From the IMG/VR virus record IMGVR_UViG_3300031992_000040, positions 32,001 through 96,000 of that record: 64,000 nt of DNA. One strand, 5' to 3'. The stretch is from a virus (Duplodnaviria; Caudoviricetes). Both the position numbers and the translations under genes were made by a program. Numbering within the stretch: position 1 is the first letter of the stretch; every line of letters starts with the position of its first letter. The notes beneath the pieces were generated by a model. The model had not been told where the DNA came from and made no database searches. It saw only the letters and a program-made list of their open reading frames with translations. Below are positions 20,877 through 31,490 of the stretch, in pieces.

Positions 20877-21024
20877 GTATATATAAGATTGAACACAGGA
20901 AAATTAGGGATTTGTTGTGGATAAATCTGTTGGATTTGAGGTGATGTTCAGAAGGTAAAAAAATAATAAATAATAAAAAAAAGAAAAAAGAGAAAAGAAT
21001 TAAAAAAAGGGAGAAAATAATAAA

Positions 21025-21897
21025 ATGGCAGGATTTCAAAAAGCCAAAAGAGAAAAAATTTGGCTAAAATTACTTTTAGGTGGTGCCAGTGGGAGTGGAA
21101 AAACTTATTCCGCATTAAAATTAGCTACTGGTATTGCTAGTAAGGCAGGAACTAGAGTTGCTGCTGTTGATACTGAAGCTGGTCGTATAAGATATTATGC
21201 TAACGAATTTGATTTTGATGATATGCAATTAGAAGAACCTTATACTCCAGAAAAATATATTGAAGCGATTGATAGCGCCATACAAGGGGGATATCAAGTA
21301 TTAATAATAGACAGTATTTCACACGAGTGGAGCTACTGTGTTTCTACACACGATAAGATGCCCGGAAATTCATATACAAACTGGGCAAAAATTACACCTA
21401 GACACGATTTATTTATGGAAAAAATTTTACAATCTCCAATTCATATTATTGCCACTGTTAGAGGCAAAGATGAATATGTTTTAGAAGAAAAAGAGGGAAA
21501 ACAAAAACCTAGAAAAGTTGGACTTGGTTATAAACAAAGAGATGGCATAGAATATGATTATACAGCCACTTTTAATATAGCTCAAGACACACACGTTGCT
21601 GAAGCAACAAAAGACAATACTCACTTGTTCGAAGGTAAATATGACCCTCTATCAGAAAAAGACGGAGAAGCATTATACGAATGGGCAAATTCAGGACAAG
21701 AGCCAGCTTTCAATAAAGAAAAAGCACAAGAAGAAATAATTGCTTTGGCTACTGAACTAGGGGGAAGCAAAAACTCAAAAGTTGTAGAGGCTACTCAGTC
21801 AATATTAGGAGTTGCTAATCCAAAGTTCTGCAAAGATACAGCTTTGTTAAAACAATCTTTGGAGGCGCTAAAGAAAATAAAAGAGGAAGGAAATTAA
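21025..21897 (+). CDS. AAA_24 / Sak4-like ATPase (putative recombination/ssDNA annealing)
   Basis: GASGSGKT Walker A, IIDSISHEW Walker B; adjacent to SSB. Confidence 0.75.
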   Translation: MAGFQKAKREKIWLKLLLGGASGSGKTYSALKLATGIASKAGTRVAAVDTEAGRIRYYANEFDFDDMQLEEPYTPEKYIEAIDSAIQGGYQVLIIDSISHEWSYCVSTHDKMPGNSYTNWAKITPRHDLFMEKILQSPIHIIATVRGKDEYVLEEKEGKQKPRKVGLGYKQRDGIEYDYTATFNIAQDTHVAEATKDNTHLFEGKYDPLSEKDGEALYEWANSGQEPAFNKEKAQEEIIALATELGGSKNSKVVEATQSILGVANPKFCKDTALLKQSLEALKKIKEEGN

Positions 21898-21905
21898 AAA
21901 AGGAA

Positions 21906-22406
21906 ATGAGAGTAAAAACGGTTGATAATTTTAGAGTTTGGGAAATAAAAGAAAGCGATTCTGGAAAGAGCGCATTAGTGCAACTTCAGGAAAGTCGTAA
22001 GGTAAATGAAGAAAATGCTTATGATAAAAGTTTAATAGATAACGGGGTTGCTAAAAGAGGATATGTAAATACTAATTATTTTAATGTAAAATTTATTGCG
22101 CACGCATATAATAAATTAAAAGAGATTGAAATAGGGGATTCCATCACAAATGTTGAATTTGAGATGAAAAAAGAACCTTATTATAATAAAGCAGAAGAAC
22201 AAATTGTTTATCCTAATTATCCTAATATTACAGTTACAGACTTTACTGTTAATAGTGGAAAGAGATATAACTTGGAGTTCGTAGAAGCACCTGCAACAAA
22301 AGGTATAAATATGGATAAAGCACCAAAAGTTGAAGAGTCAACTCCGGAACCTGTTGTTGAAGAAGTGGACAATTCAAAGTCTCCAGAAGACATTTGTCCT
22401 TTCTAA
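21906..22406 (+). CDS. ssb: Single-stranded DNA-binding protein
   Basis: OB-fold-sized; acidic tail ending EDICPF; context. Confidence 0.65.
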   Translation: MRVKTVDNFRVWEIKESDSGKSALVQLQESRKVNEENAYDKSLIDNGVAKRGYVNTNYFNVKFIAHAYNKLKEIEIGDSITNVEFEMKKEPYYNKAEEQIVYPNYPNITVTDFTVNSGKRYNLEFVEAPATKGINMDKAPKVEESTPEPVVEEVDNSKSPEDICPF

Positions 22407-22453
22407 AATTAAATAAAAAAAACAAAAAATTTTAGGAAAGGCGGCAGGTGTGT

Positions 22454-24376
22454 ATGTTAATACCAAAAGATAAAATAAATGCCGCTAAGGCTAAATATGG
22501 TGAGAGAGCCATACAAGAAATAATGGAATATTTCGGTGAGGGTTCTTATATAAGTGGCAAGAAAGCTTATTCTTGCCCTTATCATATAGACAAGACTCCT
22601 TCATTTGTTTGGAACGAAAAAAATAGTTCAATGCATTGTTTTAGTTGTGGAAGAAACTTTGATATAATTGATTTATATATAGCTCAAGGAATGACATATT
22701 TAAAAGCCATTGAAAAATTGTTTGATAATGTAGATGAGGAATTTACTTTTGGTAACACATATAGCTACAAAGATGACAATTATAGATATCCTAAAAGAGA
22801 AAAAGAAGACAGAACTAATGTAGAAGAATATTTAGCGCTTAGAAAATTAAGTGCAAAAACATTAGATTATTTAGATATTCAGAGCGATAAGAGCGGAAAC
22901 ATAGTATTTCATTTTTATGATGAGAACGATATTCTTAAAACTGTTAAATACAGAGTTGGACACGTTTTTAATAAAGATAAAGATAAAAATAAATGTTGGG
23001 CTCAAAAAAATGCAGATTTTGCACCAATTTTATTTAATATGAACAGAGTAGACCCATCGAAGCCACTTGTTATTAGTGAAGGGGAACTAGATTGCGCCTC
23101 TATTGTGGAAGCCGGTTATAGTAATGTTGTTTCTGTTCCTAATGGATGTAATAATGCGCAGTGGATAGAATATAATTGGGATTGGCTTGAGCAGTTTGAT
23201 AAAATTATTTTATGGTTTGATAGTGATGCTCCTGGTAAAAAAGCAAGAGATAATATAATGCATCGACTTGGAACTTGGAGAACTTATTATGTTGAAATTA
23301 TGGATAAAGACACCACAGAAAGCGGTAGACCAATAAAAGATGCTAATGAGATATTATATTATAAAGGAGCAAATAGAGTTCTTGACTATATTGCAAAACC
23401 ATTGGATGTTCCGATAGACAATGTATTAGATTTGGCTACTGCCGAAGAATTTGATATAGAAAAAACTGAGGGACTTTATACTGGAATAAAAGATTTAGAT
23501 GACAAAATTTATAAACTTGTTTTTGGAACTTTAAATATTATTACAGGGAAAAGTGGTTCAGGAAAAAGTGTTTTTGTTAATCAGGTTGCCATTTGCCAAG
23601 CTTTGAATCAAGGGTATGATGTCTTTGTATTTAGTGGAGAATTGCCGTCTCCAGTATTAAGAAATTGGGTTGAAGTTAATATGATTGGCCGAGACTATAT
23701 TACGATGAAAGATAATCATATTAGAGTATTAGATTCCGAAAAAAGAAGGCTAATGCAAAATTGGTATAGTGGTCGAATACTTGTTTACAACAATGATGTT
23801 GATACTACTGCAAAAAGTATTTTAATAAAAATGGAAGAACTTGCTAGAAAATGTGGAACCAAAGTTTTTTTAATAGACAATTTAATGATGGTTGATTTAG
23901 AATGTCAAGAAAATGAAAGGTTGCAAGCAGAAAAAAGATTTGTGAGCGAATTAATATTCTTTGCAAAAAAATTTAATGTTTTGGTATTTTTGGTTGCACA
24001 TCCAAGAAAAACAATGGAAACAAGATTAACTAAAGAAGATATTGCCGGTAGTGGAAATATAGTTAATTTAGCCCATATGGTTTTTAGTGTTCACAGATAT
24101 ACCGATAAAGAAAAAGAAGGAGAAATGAACCTCAGAGGTCAGTATGTTAAAGGCAAAGAACCAATAGAATATGATACTTGCATTGAGGTATTAAAAAACC
24201 GTATTACGGGAGTTTTACCGATGACCAAATTGTATTTTGATTATAATTCATATAGATTTTATAGAACTCCTTCAGAATTATGGTTTAGATATGGTTGGAA
24301 TAAAAGCACTGAACCTTTAAACACAAATGACCCAAATCCTCACGGAATATCGAGTGGGGGTGATAGTCCATTGTGA
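22454..24376 (+). CDS. Primase-helicase (T7 gp4/Twinkle-like)
   Basis: CPYH..CFSC Zn finger; TOPRIM EGELD and D.D; Walker A GKSGSGKS; LVAHPRK. Confidence 0.9.
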   Translation: MLIPKDKINAAKAKYGERAIQEIMEYFGEGSYISGKKAYSCPYHIDKTPSFVWNEKNSSMHCFSCGRNFDIIDLYIAQGMTYLKAIEKLFDNVDEEFTFGNTYSYKDDNYRYPKREKEDRTNVEEYLALRKLSAKTLDYLDIQSDKSGNIVFHFYDENDILKTVKYRVGHVFNKDKDKNKCWAQKNADFAPILFNMNRVDPSKPLVISEGELDCASIVEAGYSNVVSVPNGCNNAQWIEYNWDWLEQFDKIILWFDSDAPGKKARDNIMHRLGTWRTYYVEIMDKDTTESGRPIKDANEILYYKGANRVLDYIAKPLDVPIDNVLDLATAEEFDIEKTEGLYTGIKDLDDKIYKLVFGTLNIITGKSGSGKSVFVNQVAICQALNQGYDVFVFSGELPSPVLRNWVEVNMIGRDYITMKDNHIRVLDSEKRRLMQNWYSGRILVYNNDVDTTAKSILIKMEELARKCGTKVFLIDNLMMVDLECQENERLQAEKRFVSELIFFAKKFNVLVFLVAHPRKTMETRLTKEDIAGSGNIVNLAHMVFSVHRYTDKEKEGEMNLRGQYVKGKEPIEYDTCIEVLKNRITGVLPMTKLYFDYNSYRFYRTPSELWFRYGWNKSTEPLNTNDPNPHGISSGGDSPL

Positions 24377-25179
24377 TAGAAGAATTTAAAGAAAAATTAA
24401 AAGTTTTTGATAAATTTCATTTTGAAGAAGAACCCCATATTTATTGGTGGCTAGATGAAGACGGAAATAGATGCCAAGCAGAAACATCGATGACAGCTCT
24501 AATTGAGTCACACGCACATCCATTTGATAAACAAAAAATTGCTGGTATTGTAGCCAGAAGAGATGGAATACCAGTAGAAGATGTTTTAGCTGAATGGGAA
24601 TATAGCAATGAGTTATCAAAAATAAAAGGAACTCATATACACGCTTTTAATGAATATTTATGGCAAGGAATGAACTATAAATATCCAAAAGATGAAATTA
24701 TCAAAAAATTTGGTTTTGATGTTTTAGAGCCATTATGGCCACGTCTTATAAGAATAGCACAGAAATTTTATGAAGACTATAAAGATAGAATTATTCCTAT
24801 TGGTTTAGAACAAGTTGTTGGAGATGAAGAAATAGGGATTTGTGGAAGTATTGATTTTCTATGTTATTCCAAAAAATTAAAATCTCTAATAATAATTGAT
24901 TATAAATCAAATAAGGAAATTAAATTTGAGCCATATAGAAATAATAAAATGACTGGTTGTTTATCTCATTTAGATGACTGCAATTATATTCATTATAGTT
25001 TGCAGCTAAACGGATATCAATATATACTTCAAAAGAAAACCGGATTTAAATTAAATAACAGGCATTTCTTAATATGGATGAATGAAAAAAATGATGACTA
25101 TATAATATATCAAACCAAAGATTTATATAAAGAAGCAAAAGATATGCTTTTAGATTATAAAAGAAGAAAAGGGAAGTAA
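24373..25179 (+). CDS. PD-(D/E)XK (Cas4-like) exonuclease
   Basis: GT.IH, GSID, IIDYKS, LQL..Y motifs. Confidence 0.8.
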   Translation: MIEEFKEKLKVFDKFHFEEEPHIYWWLDEDGNRCQAETSMTALIESHAHPFDKQKIAGIVARRDGIPVEDVLAEWEYSNELSKIKGTHIHAFNEYLWQGMNYKYPKDEIIKKFGFDVLEPLWPRLIRIAQKFYEDYKDRIIPIGLEQVVGDEEIGICGSIDFLCYSKKLKSLIIIDYKSNKEIKFEPYRNNKMTGCLSHLDDCNYIHYSLQLNGYQYILQKKTGFKLNNRHFLIWMNEKNDDYIIYQTKDLYKEAKDMLLDYKRRKGK

Positions 25180-25181
25180 AA

Positions 25182-25391
25182 ATGTTTGAAAATACAATAG
25201 CTAAAAAAAGAATGGAAAAGAAAAATAATTTATTAAATGAAATAGAAAAAGCAAAAAAAGATGGCAATGATTGGAAATTGAGACAATTAGAAGGAAAACT
25301 TGCCGATTTTAATGCTAAAAAGTATCCGACTGTATTTTTGGATGCGACACAAAAGGGGACTTATAAAAAACCAAAGGAAGAAAAAGAATAA
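25182..25391 (+). CDS. Hypothetical protein
   Basis: ORF in operon. Confidence 0.5.
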   Translation: MFENTIAKKRMEKKNNLLNEIEKAKKDGNDWKLRQLEGKLADFNAKKYPTVFLDATQKGTYKKPKEEKE

Positions 25392-25412
25392 AAGGATAAA
25401 AAGGAGAAAATT

Positions 25413-25973
25413 ATGAATATTGAAGAATTAAGTGGATATGGCATTTCTAAAGAAATTGCTAAAATCATAGAAGAAGGATTTTCATATGATGAAGAAACAG
25501 GAGAAGTATTTTTTACTACTGATGATTTAGAAGCGCTTCAGATGGCTCTTGATGATAAACTTGCACAATTAGACGGTGTTTATTTATGTCATTTAGCAAA
25601 AATAGATGCTATGAAAAATAGAAAAAAAGAAGTTGAAAAATCAATTAAACAACTTGAGAACAAAGCTGAAAATTTAAAGAAATATATTGATTTCTTAATG
25701 AAAACTAATGGAAAAACCAGCTTTGAAAAAGACGATAAGAAAATATCATATAGAAAGAGTGTTTCTTCCAATATTTATGATGAAAAGGCTTTAAGAGAAT
25801 ATATAAAATCCAAAGATGAATATGAAGAAAAATACTTTAAAATTTCAGACCCAGAGATTAACAAAAAAGCTCTGTCAGACGATGTTAAAGCTACAAAACA
25901 AGAGGATGGGTCATATGCTCTTAATATACCTGGTTTCGAGCTTATAACAAACGAAAACATACAAATAAAGTAG
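25413..25973 (+). CDS. Siphovirus Gp157-like protein
   Basis: DEETGEV N-terminus, coiled coil, ISYRKS.S, IPG.EL....NIQIK end. Confidence 0.75.
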   Translation: MNIEELSGYGISKEIAKIIEEGFSYDEETGEVFFTTDDLEALQMALDDKLAQLDGVYLCHLAKIDAMKNRKKEVEKSIKQLENKAENLKKYIDFLMKTNGKTSFEKDDKKISYRKSVSSNIYDEKALREYIKSKDEYEEKYFKISDPEINKKALSDDVKATKQEDGSYALNIPGFELITNENIQIK

Positions 25974-25980
25974 GTATAAT

Positions 25981-26193
25981 ATGCAAAATAAAATGGTTAC
26001 GCTACAATTATCTTTGGAAGATGTAGATACAATATTAAATGCTTTAGATTTAAAAGCAAAATCAATAACTGCTTTTAAAGATTATATTTATGATGATGTG
26101 ATGTCACAAATTAAAGATATTTCTGAAGAAGAAGAAAATGTCTTTATTGATAATGATAAAAAAAAGAAGAAGAAGGGAAAAGAAAAAAAATAA
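25981..26193 (+). CDS. Hypothetical protein
   Basis: ORF in operon. Confidence 0.5.
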   Translation: MQNKMVTLQLSLEDVDTILNALDLKAKSITAFKDYIYDDVMSQIKDISEEEENVFIDNDKKKKKKGKEKK

Positions 26194-26408
26194 TGGAAGA
26201 TATAAAATTAATTTGTAAAGATTGTAAAAAAGAATTTGTATTTACTGTTGGGGAACAGAAATTTTATGAAGAAAAGGGCTTTGGTGCGCCAATAAGATGT
26301 AAAGAATGTAGAGACGCTAAAAAAGCAAGAAACGAAGCGAAAGAAACACCTAAAACAGACTTGGAGGATATGCTTAAAAAGTTTAGAGAAAACACTATTA
26401 AATTTTAA
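26193..26408 (+). CDS. Zinc-ribbon protein (zf-trcl-like)
   Basis: CKDC..EFVFT.GEQ.FY.EKGF..P.RC..CR. Confidence 0.85.
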   Translation: MEDIKLICKDCKKEFVFTVGEQKFYEEKGFGAPIRCKECRDAKKARNEAKETPKTDLEDMLKKFRENTIKF

Positions 26409-26430
26409 AATGTAAAAAGGGAGAAAGAAA

Positions 26431-29400
26431 ATGAAGTATTATAACTATCATAAGCACGACCATAAAGGAAACCCGGTTTCTTTAGATGTTGTAGTTAAAA
26501 TGGAAGATTATTGTAAAAGAGCTATTGAATTAGGGCACGATGCTGTATTTACGACTTGTCACGGACTTCAAGGAGATATATTTGAAGCAACAACATTGGT
26601 TCATCAATATAATTTAAAATTAATTGTTGGAGCCGAACTTTATTATGTTCCAGACCGAAAAGAAAAAGATAGGACAAATAGGCATATTATTTTAATAGCA
26701 TTAAATCACGATGGAATAAGAGAACTAAATTCTATCATATCAGAATCTTTTATTACAGGGTTCTATTATAAACCAAGAATAGACCACGAACTTTTATTTT
26801 CTTTAAATCCAAAAAACTTTGTAATAACTACTGCTTGTATAGCGGGATTGTGGGAAGATGAACCTTTAATTAAGGAATTGAAAGAACATTTTGGTTTTAA
26901 TTTCTTTTTAGAGGTTCAAGACCATAATTCTGAAAAACAAAAAGAGGTTAATCGAACAGTTTTAAAATTTAGTCAAAAATATGATATAAAAATAATACAC
27001 GCAAATGATAGTCATTATATTTATCCAGAAGATGCGGCTTATAGAAATTTATTTTTGAGAGCCAAAGAAATATTTTATCCTGAAGAAGATGATTTTATAT
27101 TGGATTATCCAGATTCAGATGAAATATTAAAAAGATATGAAATACAGGGCATATTAAATAAAAACAAGGCTATGGAGGCGCTTGAAAATACATTAATATT
27201 TGAAGGTATAGATTGTAGTGATTATATAAATGATGACATTAAATTACCATCTGTATCAGAAAACCCAAATGAAGATTTAAAACAAATTATTAATGAAGCC
27301 TGGAAAAGAGAAAAAGATAAAATTCCAAAAGAAAGAATCAAAGAATATTTAGAAGCAATAAGATATGAATTTGACATTATTGAAAAAACTAATATGGCAA
27401 ACTATTTCTTAATTGATTATAACATTGCAAAAATTGCAAAAGAAAAATATGGAGGAGTTTTAACTAATACGGGAAGAGGTTCTGCTCCATCGTTTTATAT
27501 AATTAATTTGTTAAGATTGACAAACATTGATAGATTGCAATCACCAATAACATTATTCCCAACAAGATTTATGTCTGTGGAAAGAATATTGGGGGCTCGC
27601 AGCCTTCCTGATATAGATTTAAATACTGCGGATGCTGAACCATTTATTAAAGCTAGTAAAGATTTGTTGGGAGAGAATAATTGCGGTTGGATGCTTTCTT
27701 GGAAACCACTACAAGAATCTTCTGGATTCAGATTATATTGTAAAGCAATAGGTTTAGACATTTCTGAATATAATGAAATAGCCAAAAATCTTGATAAATA
27801 TAAAGACGACCCAGAATGGGCACCAAGAATAAAAGATAGTTCGGTATTTATTGGAGTAGTTGAAGGAATATCTGAATCTCCTTGTAGTATGCTTTTACAT
27901 TCAAAAGATGTTAGAGAAGAAATAGGAATGATAAAAACTCCTAATGGCAAAATTTGCTGTATGCTAGATGGTTATAATTGCGATAAATATAAATATTTAA
28001 AAAACGATTATTTAACCGTTACTGTTTGGGCTATTATTAGAGATGTTTGTAAATTGGCAAATATTGATATTCCATCAATAGAAGAATTAAATAAGCTTTT
28101 GGATGAAAAAACTTTTGATATTTATAAGGAAGGGTTGACTTGTTCAATAAATCAAGCGGATTCCGATTATGCAACTAATTTGGTTATGAGATATAAACCT
28201 CAATCCGTAGCAGAAATGTCTTCTTTTGTTGCAATAATCAGACCGGGCTGTGCGTCTCTACTTGAAGATTTTATAGATAGAAAACCATATACTACTGGCG
28301 TTAAAGCACTTGATGATATTTTGGAGGACAGTGAACATCGACTTATTTATCAGGAATCCATAATGAAATATTTAATATGGTTAGGTGTTTCTGAATCTCA
28401 ATCTTATGACATTATCAAAAAGATAGCGAAGAAAAAGTTTAAAGAGCCAGAATTAAAAGAACTAAAGGAACAACTTTTAGATGGTTGGAAAAAACAGGTT
28501 GGAGAAGAAAATGGCTTTGAGGAAACTTGGCAAGTAGTAGAAGATGCTGCAAAGTATTCTTTTAATGCGAGCCATTCACTATCTTATGCTTATGATAGTT
28601 TATATGGGGCATATTTAAAATCACATTATCCATTAGAATATTATACTGTGGCGTTAAATTATTATAATGGTGACACTGATAGAACTGCAAAATTAACAAA
28701 AGAACTTTCATATTTTGGAATATCTGTTGAAAAACCTCAATTCAGATATTCTATTGATGAATATTTTATGAATAAAGAAACAAACAAAATATACAAAGGA
28801 ACTCAGGCCGTTAAGTTTATTAATAGTCAATGTTCATTATATTTATATAGTTTAAAAGATAATAAATATGATTATTTTGTTGATTTATTGCGAGAAATAT
28901 CAGAGGCAAAAACAGAAGATAATAAAGCATATATAAATTCAAGACAAATGGAAATATTAATAAAATTACAATATTTTGAAGAATTTGGAAAAAATTTAAA
29001 GCTTTATAATATTTATCAAAAATTCTTAAAATTATATGGTAGAAAAACCATACCAAAAGATACTATTGAAGAGTATAGTATTCCAGAAGATGTTCTTCAA
29101 AGTGAACTCTTTACTCAAACAGAAAAGCAATATAAACTTTCTGATTCTATGGCCGTTCTTAGAATAATAGAAGAAAGAGAAGAAGATAAAAACTTTGATA
29201 TAAAAGACCAAATAGATTTTGAAAGTGAAGTTTTAGGCTATATAGGCATGACTTATGATGTAGATAAAAGAATTTGTTATGTTTTAAATGTAGAAACTAA
29301 ATTTTCACCAAAAATAACTTTATATTGCTTACAAAATGGGAAAAATGTTATTTGTAAAATAAACAAATCAATGTATTCAGCTAACCCTGTAAAAAAAGGA

Positions 29401-29526
29401 GAAATAATTCAAGCCATCAATTTTGAACAAAGATTTAAACAGATAAAAACAGAGACTGGATGGCAAAAAACGGATGAGAAGGAATGGTGGCTATCTCAAT
29501 ACAAGATACTAACTGAATTTAAGTAA
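26431..29526 (+). CDS. dnaE: DNA polymerase III alpha subunit (family C)
   Basis: PHP domain (H.H, NDSHY), GRGSA, PDID, RPG, YSFN.SH..Y. Confidence 0.92.
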   Translation: MKYYNYHKHDHKGNPVSLDVVVKMEDYCKRAIELGHDAVFTTCHGLQGDIFEATTLVHQYNLKLIVGAELYYVPDRKEKDRTNRHIILIALNHDGIRELNSIISESFITGFYYKPRIDHELLFSLNPKNFVITTACIAGLWEDEPLIKELKEHFGFNFFLEVQDHNSEKQKEVNRTVLKFSQKYDIKIIHANDSHYIYPEDAAYRNLFLRAKEIFYPEEDDFILDYPDSDEILKRYEIQGILNKNKAMEALENTLIFEGIDCSDYINDDIKLPSVSENPNEDLKQIINEAWKREKDKIPKERIKEYLEAIRYEFDIIEKTNMANYFLIDYNIAKIAKEKYGGVLTNTGRGSAPSFYIINLLRLTNIDRLQSPITLFPTRFMSVERILGARSLPDIDLNTADAEPFIKASKDLLGENNCGWMLSWKPLQESSGFRLYCKAIGLDISEYNEIAKNLDKYKDDPEWAPRIKDSSVFIGVVEGISESPCSMLLHSKDVREEIGMIKTPNGKICCMLDGYNCDKYKYLKNDYLTVTVWAIIRDVCKLANIDIPSIEELNKLLDEKTFDIYKEGLTCSINQADSDYATNLVMRYKPQSVAEMSSFVAIIRPGCASLLEDFIDRKPYTTGVKALDDILEDSEHRLIYQESIMKYLIWLGVSESQSYDIIKKIAKKKFKEPELKELKEQLLDGWKKQVGEENGFEETWQVVEDAAKYSFNASHSLSYAYDSLYGAYLKSHYPLEYYTVALNYYNGDTDRTAKLTKELSYFGISVEKPQFRYSIDEYFMNKETNKIYKGTQAVKFINSQCSLYLYSLKDNKYDYFVDLLREISEAKTEDNKAYINSRQMEILIKLQYFEEFGKNLKLYNIYQKFLKLYGRKTIPKDTIEEYSIPEDVLQSELFTQTEKQYKLSDSMAVLRIIEEREEDKNFDIKDQIDFESEVLGYIGMTYDVDKRICYVLNVETKFSPKITLYCLQNGKNVICKINKSMYSANPVKKGEIIQAINFEQRFKQIKTETGWQKTDEKEWWLSQYKILTEFK

Positions 29527-29541
29527 GAAAGGAAAAATAAG

Positions 29542-30126
29542 ATGTTTGAAAAATATAAAAGAGTATTCATATTTGATACTGAAACAAGTGGATTAAGTCC
29601 TCAATATGATGAAATTATAGAACTTGGCGGATTGTTGTTAACAAAACCAGAGGGGAGTAATAAATTTACTGATAAAAAAGAAGTTTCAGTATTAATAAAG
29701 AATAAAAATCCAATAACAAATAGCCACATACATCATATTACAGAACAAATGTGTCAGAAAGACGGCATTGAAAAGGCTGAATTATTTGAAATATTGAAAG
29801 ATATTTTTGGAGAAAATAAAGATGACACATTAATTGTGGCTTATAATGCCCCATTTGATATTAGGTTCGTAAATTATTTTTTAAAAAGTTTTGATAAAAA
29901 CTACAAAATAAAAAATCCAATCTTAGATTTATTAATAGTTGCAAAAAATAGAACACATAGAATAAGGGGCAATAAACTTTGTAATATGATTGAATATTAT
30001 GATGTTAAAAATGTTCAAAATTCCCATAGAGCCATAGACGATGTTTATGCTACTTTTGAAGTTATGAAGGCTATGATATTGGAAAAGCCAGATTTAGAAA
30101 AATATATTTATTATGAAAGGGAATAG
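29542..30126 (+). CDS. DEDDh 3'-5' exonuclease (DnaQ-like)
   Basis: FDTETSG, AYNAPFD, HRA.DD. Confidence 0.9.
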   Translation: MFEKYKRVFIFDTETSGLSPQYDEIIELGGLLLTKPEGSNKFTDKKEVSVLIKNKNPITNSHIHHITEQMCQKDGIEKAELFEILKDIFGENKDDTLIVAYNAPFDIRFVNYFLKSFDKNYKIKNPILDLLIVAKNRTHRIRGNKLCNMIEYYDVKNVQNSHRAIDDVYATFEVMKAMILEKPDLEKYIYYERE

Positions 30127-30127
30127 T

Positions 30128-30742
30128 ATGGAAGTAAAAACAAAAATAGTAAATTTTGATGTAAATTGGCAATTTATAAAAGAAGGTTGTATGGCAACAA
30201 TAGGCAAACAAGCAGGTAAAGAGCCTGGAAAAGAATGGAAAAGAAAGCTCTTAATTTGCCAACATTCGCCTCTTAGAAGAGGAGTTATAAGTTGGAAATG
30301 GGAAGAAATACCATTTTATTCTATGGGGCATTTTGTTCGCCATCACGTTGGATGCACACCGTTTGTGTCGACAAGCAGAGAGGACAGAACAAATGTTCCA
30401 AGAAGCGAAAGGAAACAAACAGACCTTGTTTCTATGGAAATGGATGCGAACATCCAATCTTTAATAGATATGGCCGCAAGAAGACTTTGTTACTGTTCTG
30501 ATGCAACAACTATAAAGTATATGGAAAGTTTAGTTGAAGCAATAAGAGAAAAAGACGAAGATATTGCTTGGAGACTTGTCCCTCAATGTATAAATTATGG
30601 TTCTTGTATTGAGAAATTTGGTGGTTGTAAATTTTATGAAAACTTTTCGAAGAATTTAACCCCAGAAGAACAAACAGATATAGAAAAAAGAATAGATAAA
30701 TATAATGAATATAGAGCAAAAAGATTAAAAAAGGAGTTATAA
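30128..30742 (+). CDS. thyX: Flavin-dependent thymidylate synthase, divergent
   Basis: HSP, RHH..........SR, N..SL....RRLC motifs; nucleotide metabolism context. Confidence 0.7.
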   Translation: MEVKTKIVNFDVNWQFIKEGCMATIGKQAGKEPGKEWKRKLLICQHSPLRRGVISWKWEEIPFYSMGHFVRHHVGCTPFVSTSREDRTNVPRSERKQTDLVSMEMDANIQSLIDMAARRLCYCSDATTIKYMESLVEAIREKDEDIAWRLVPQCINYGSCIEKFGGCKFYENFSKNLTPEEQTDIEKRIDKYNEYRAKRLKKEL

Positions 30743-31023
30743 TGATAACAATAAATGATAGATATGCCATTGATTTTGATGCCTATAATTTTATTTTAAA
30801 AGAAAAACGTGTTAGAGGTGAAAAATCAAAAGACTCTGGAGGAATTTATTATAAAGATATTGGATTTTATGGAAATTTTGAAGGAGCTATTAAGTGGATT
30901 ATAAATCAAGGCATAAAAGAATCTGGAGCTACAAATTTTGATTCTTTGTTGGAATATTTAGAAAATATGAAAAATGAACTTGTGGCATCAATAGAAAAAT
31001 TAAATACAGATACGAGTTCTTAA
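30742..31023 (+). CDS. Hypothetical protein
   Basis: ORF with RBS. Confidence 0.55.
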   Translation: MITINDRYAIDFDAYNFILKEKRVRGEKSKDSGGIYYKDIGFYGNFEGAIKWIINQGIKESGATNFDSLLEYLENMKNELVASIEKLNTDTSS

Positions 31024-31083
31024 AGAAAGGAAAACAATTTAAGCTTTTGAAAAGAAGGTGCAGATTTTTTTAGGAGGCTAATT

Positions 31084-31482
31084 GTGAAAGAGATAACAAA
31101 ATTAATGATAAGAGAATTTAAGATTAAACAACTTGGATATGACTTTATGGGATATCGTTTACAAAAAGGCGATATTTATACTGCACACCATTTGATTTTA
31201 CCAGCAAGATTCGGAGGAAAATTAACAAGGGATAATACTGCTATATTATGTGGGCAAACTTCACATCCATATCTTCATTTAGTAGAGTGCAAAGATTATG
31301 ATATGTTTTGTTACATTACTTCAGAAATGATAGATATGAATGTTTTGGGAAGATTAGATGTTAAAAATTTACGAAATATTGATGCAGTATTAACTCAATT
31401 TGAAAAAGAACATTATGACGATAGAGGCAAAAAAGGAAAGAGGCTAATAAAAGAGGAGTATTTAAGAAGACCAAAATATTAG
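31084..31482 (+). CDS. HNH-like domain protein
   Basis: HH....R.GG....N...LC...H..LH pattern. Confidence 0.5.
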   Translation: MKEITKLMIREFKIKQLGYDFMGYRLQKGDIYTAHHLILPARFGGKLTRDNTAILCGQTSHPYLHLVECKDYDMFCYITSEMIDMNVLGRLDVKNLRNIDAVLTQFEKEHYDDRGKKGKRLIKEEYLRRPKY

Positions 31483-31490
31483 GAGGAAAT

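Noticed and set aside
24373-25179. Cas4-like nuclease as part of a CRISPR-Cas system
   Set aside because: No cas1/cas2 or array in the window; it sits in an ordinary phage replication/recombination module
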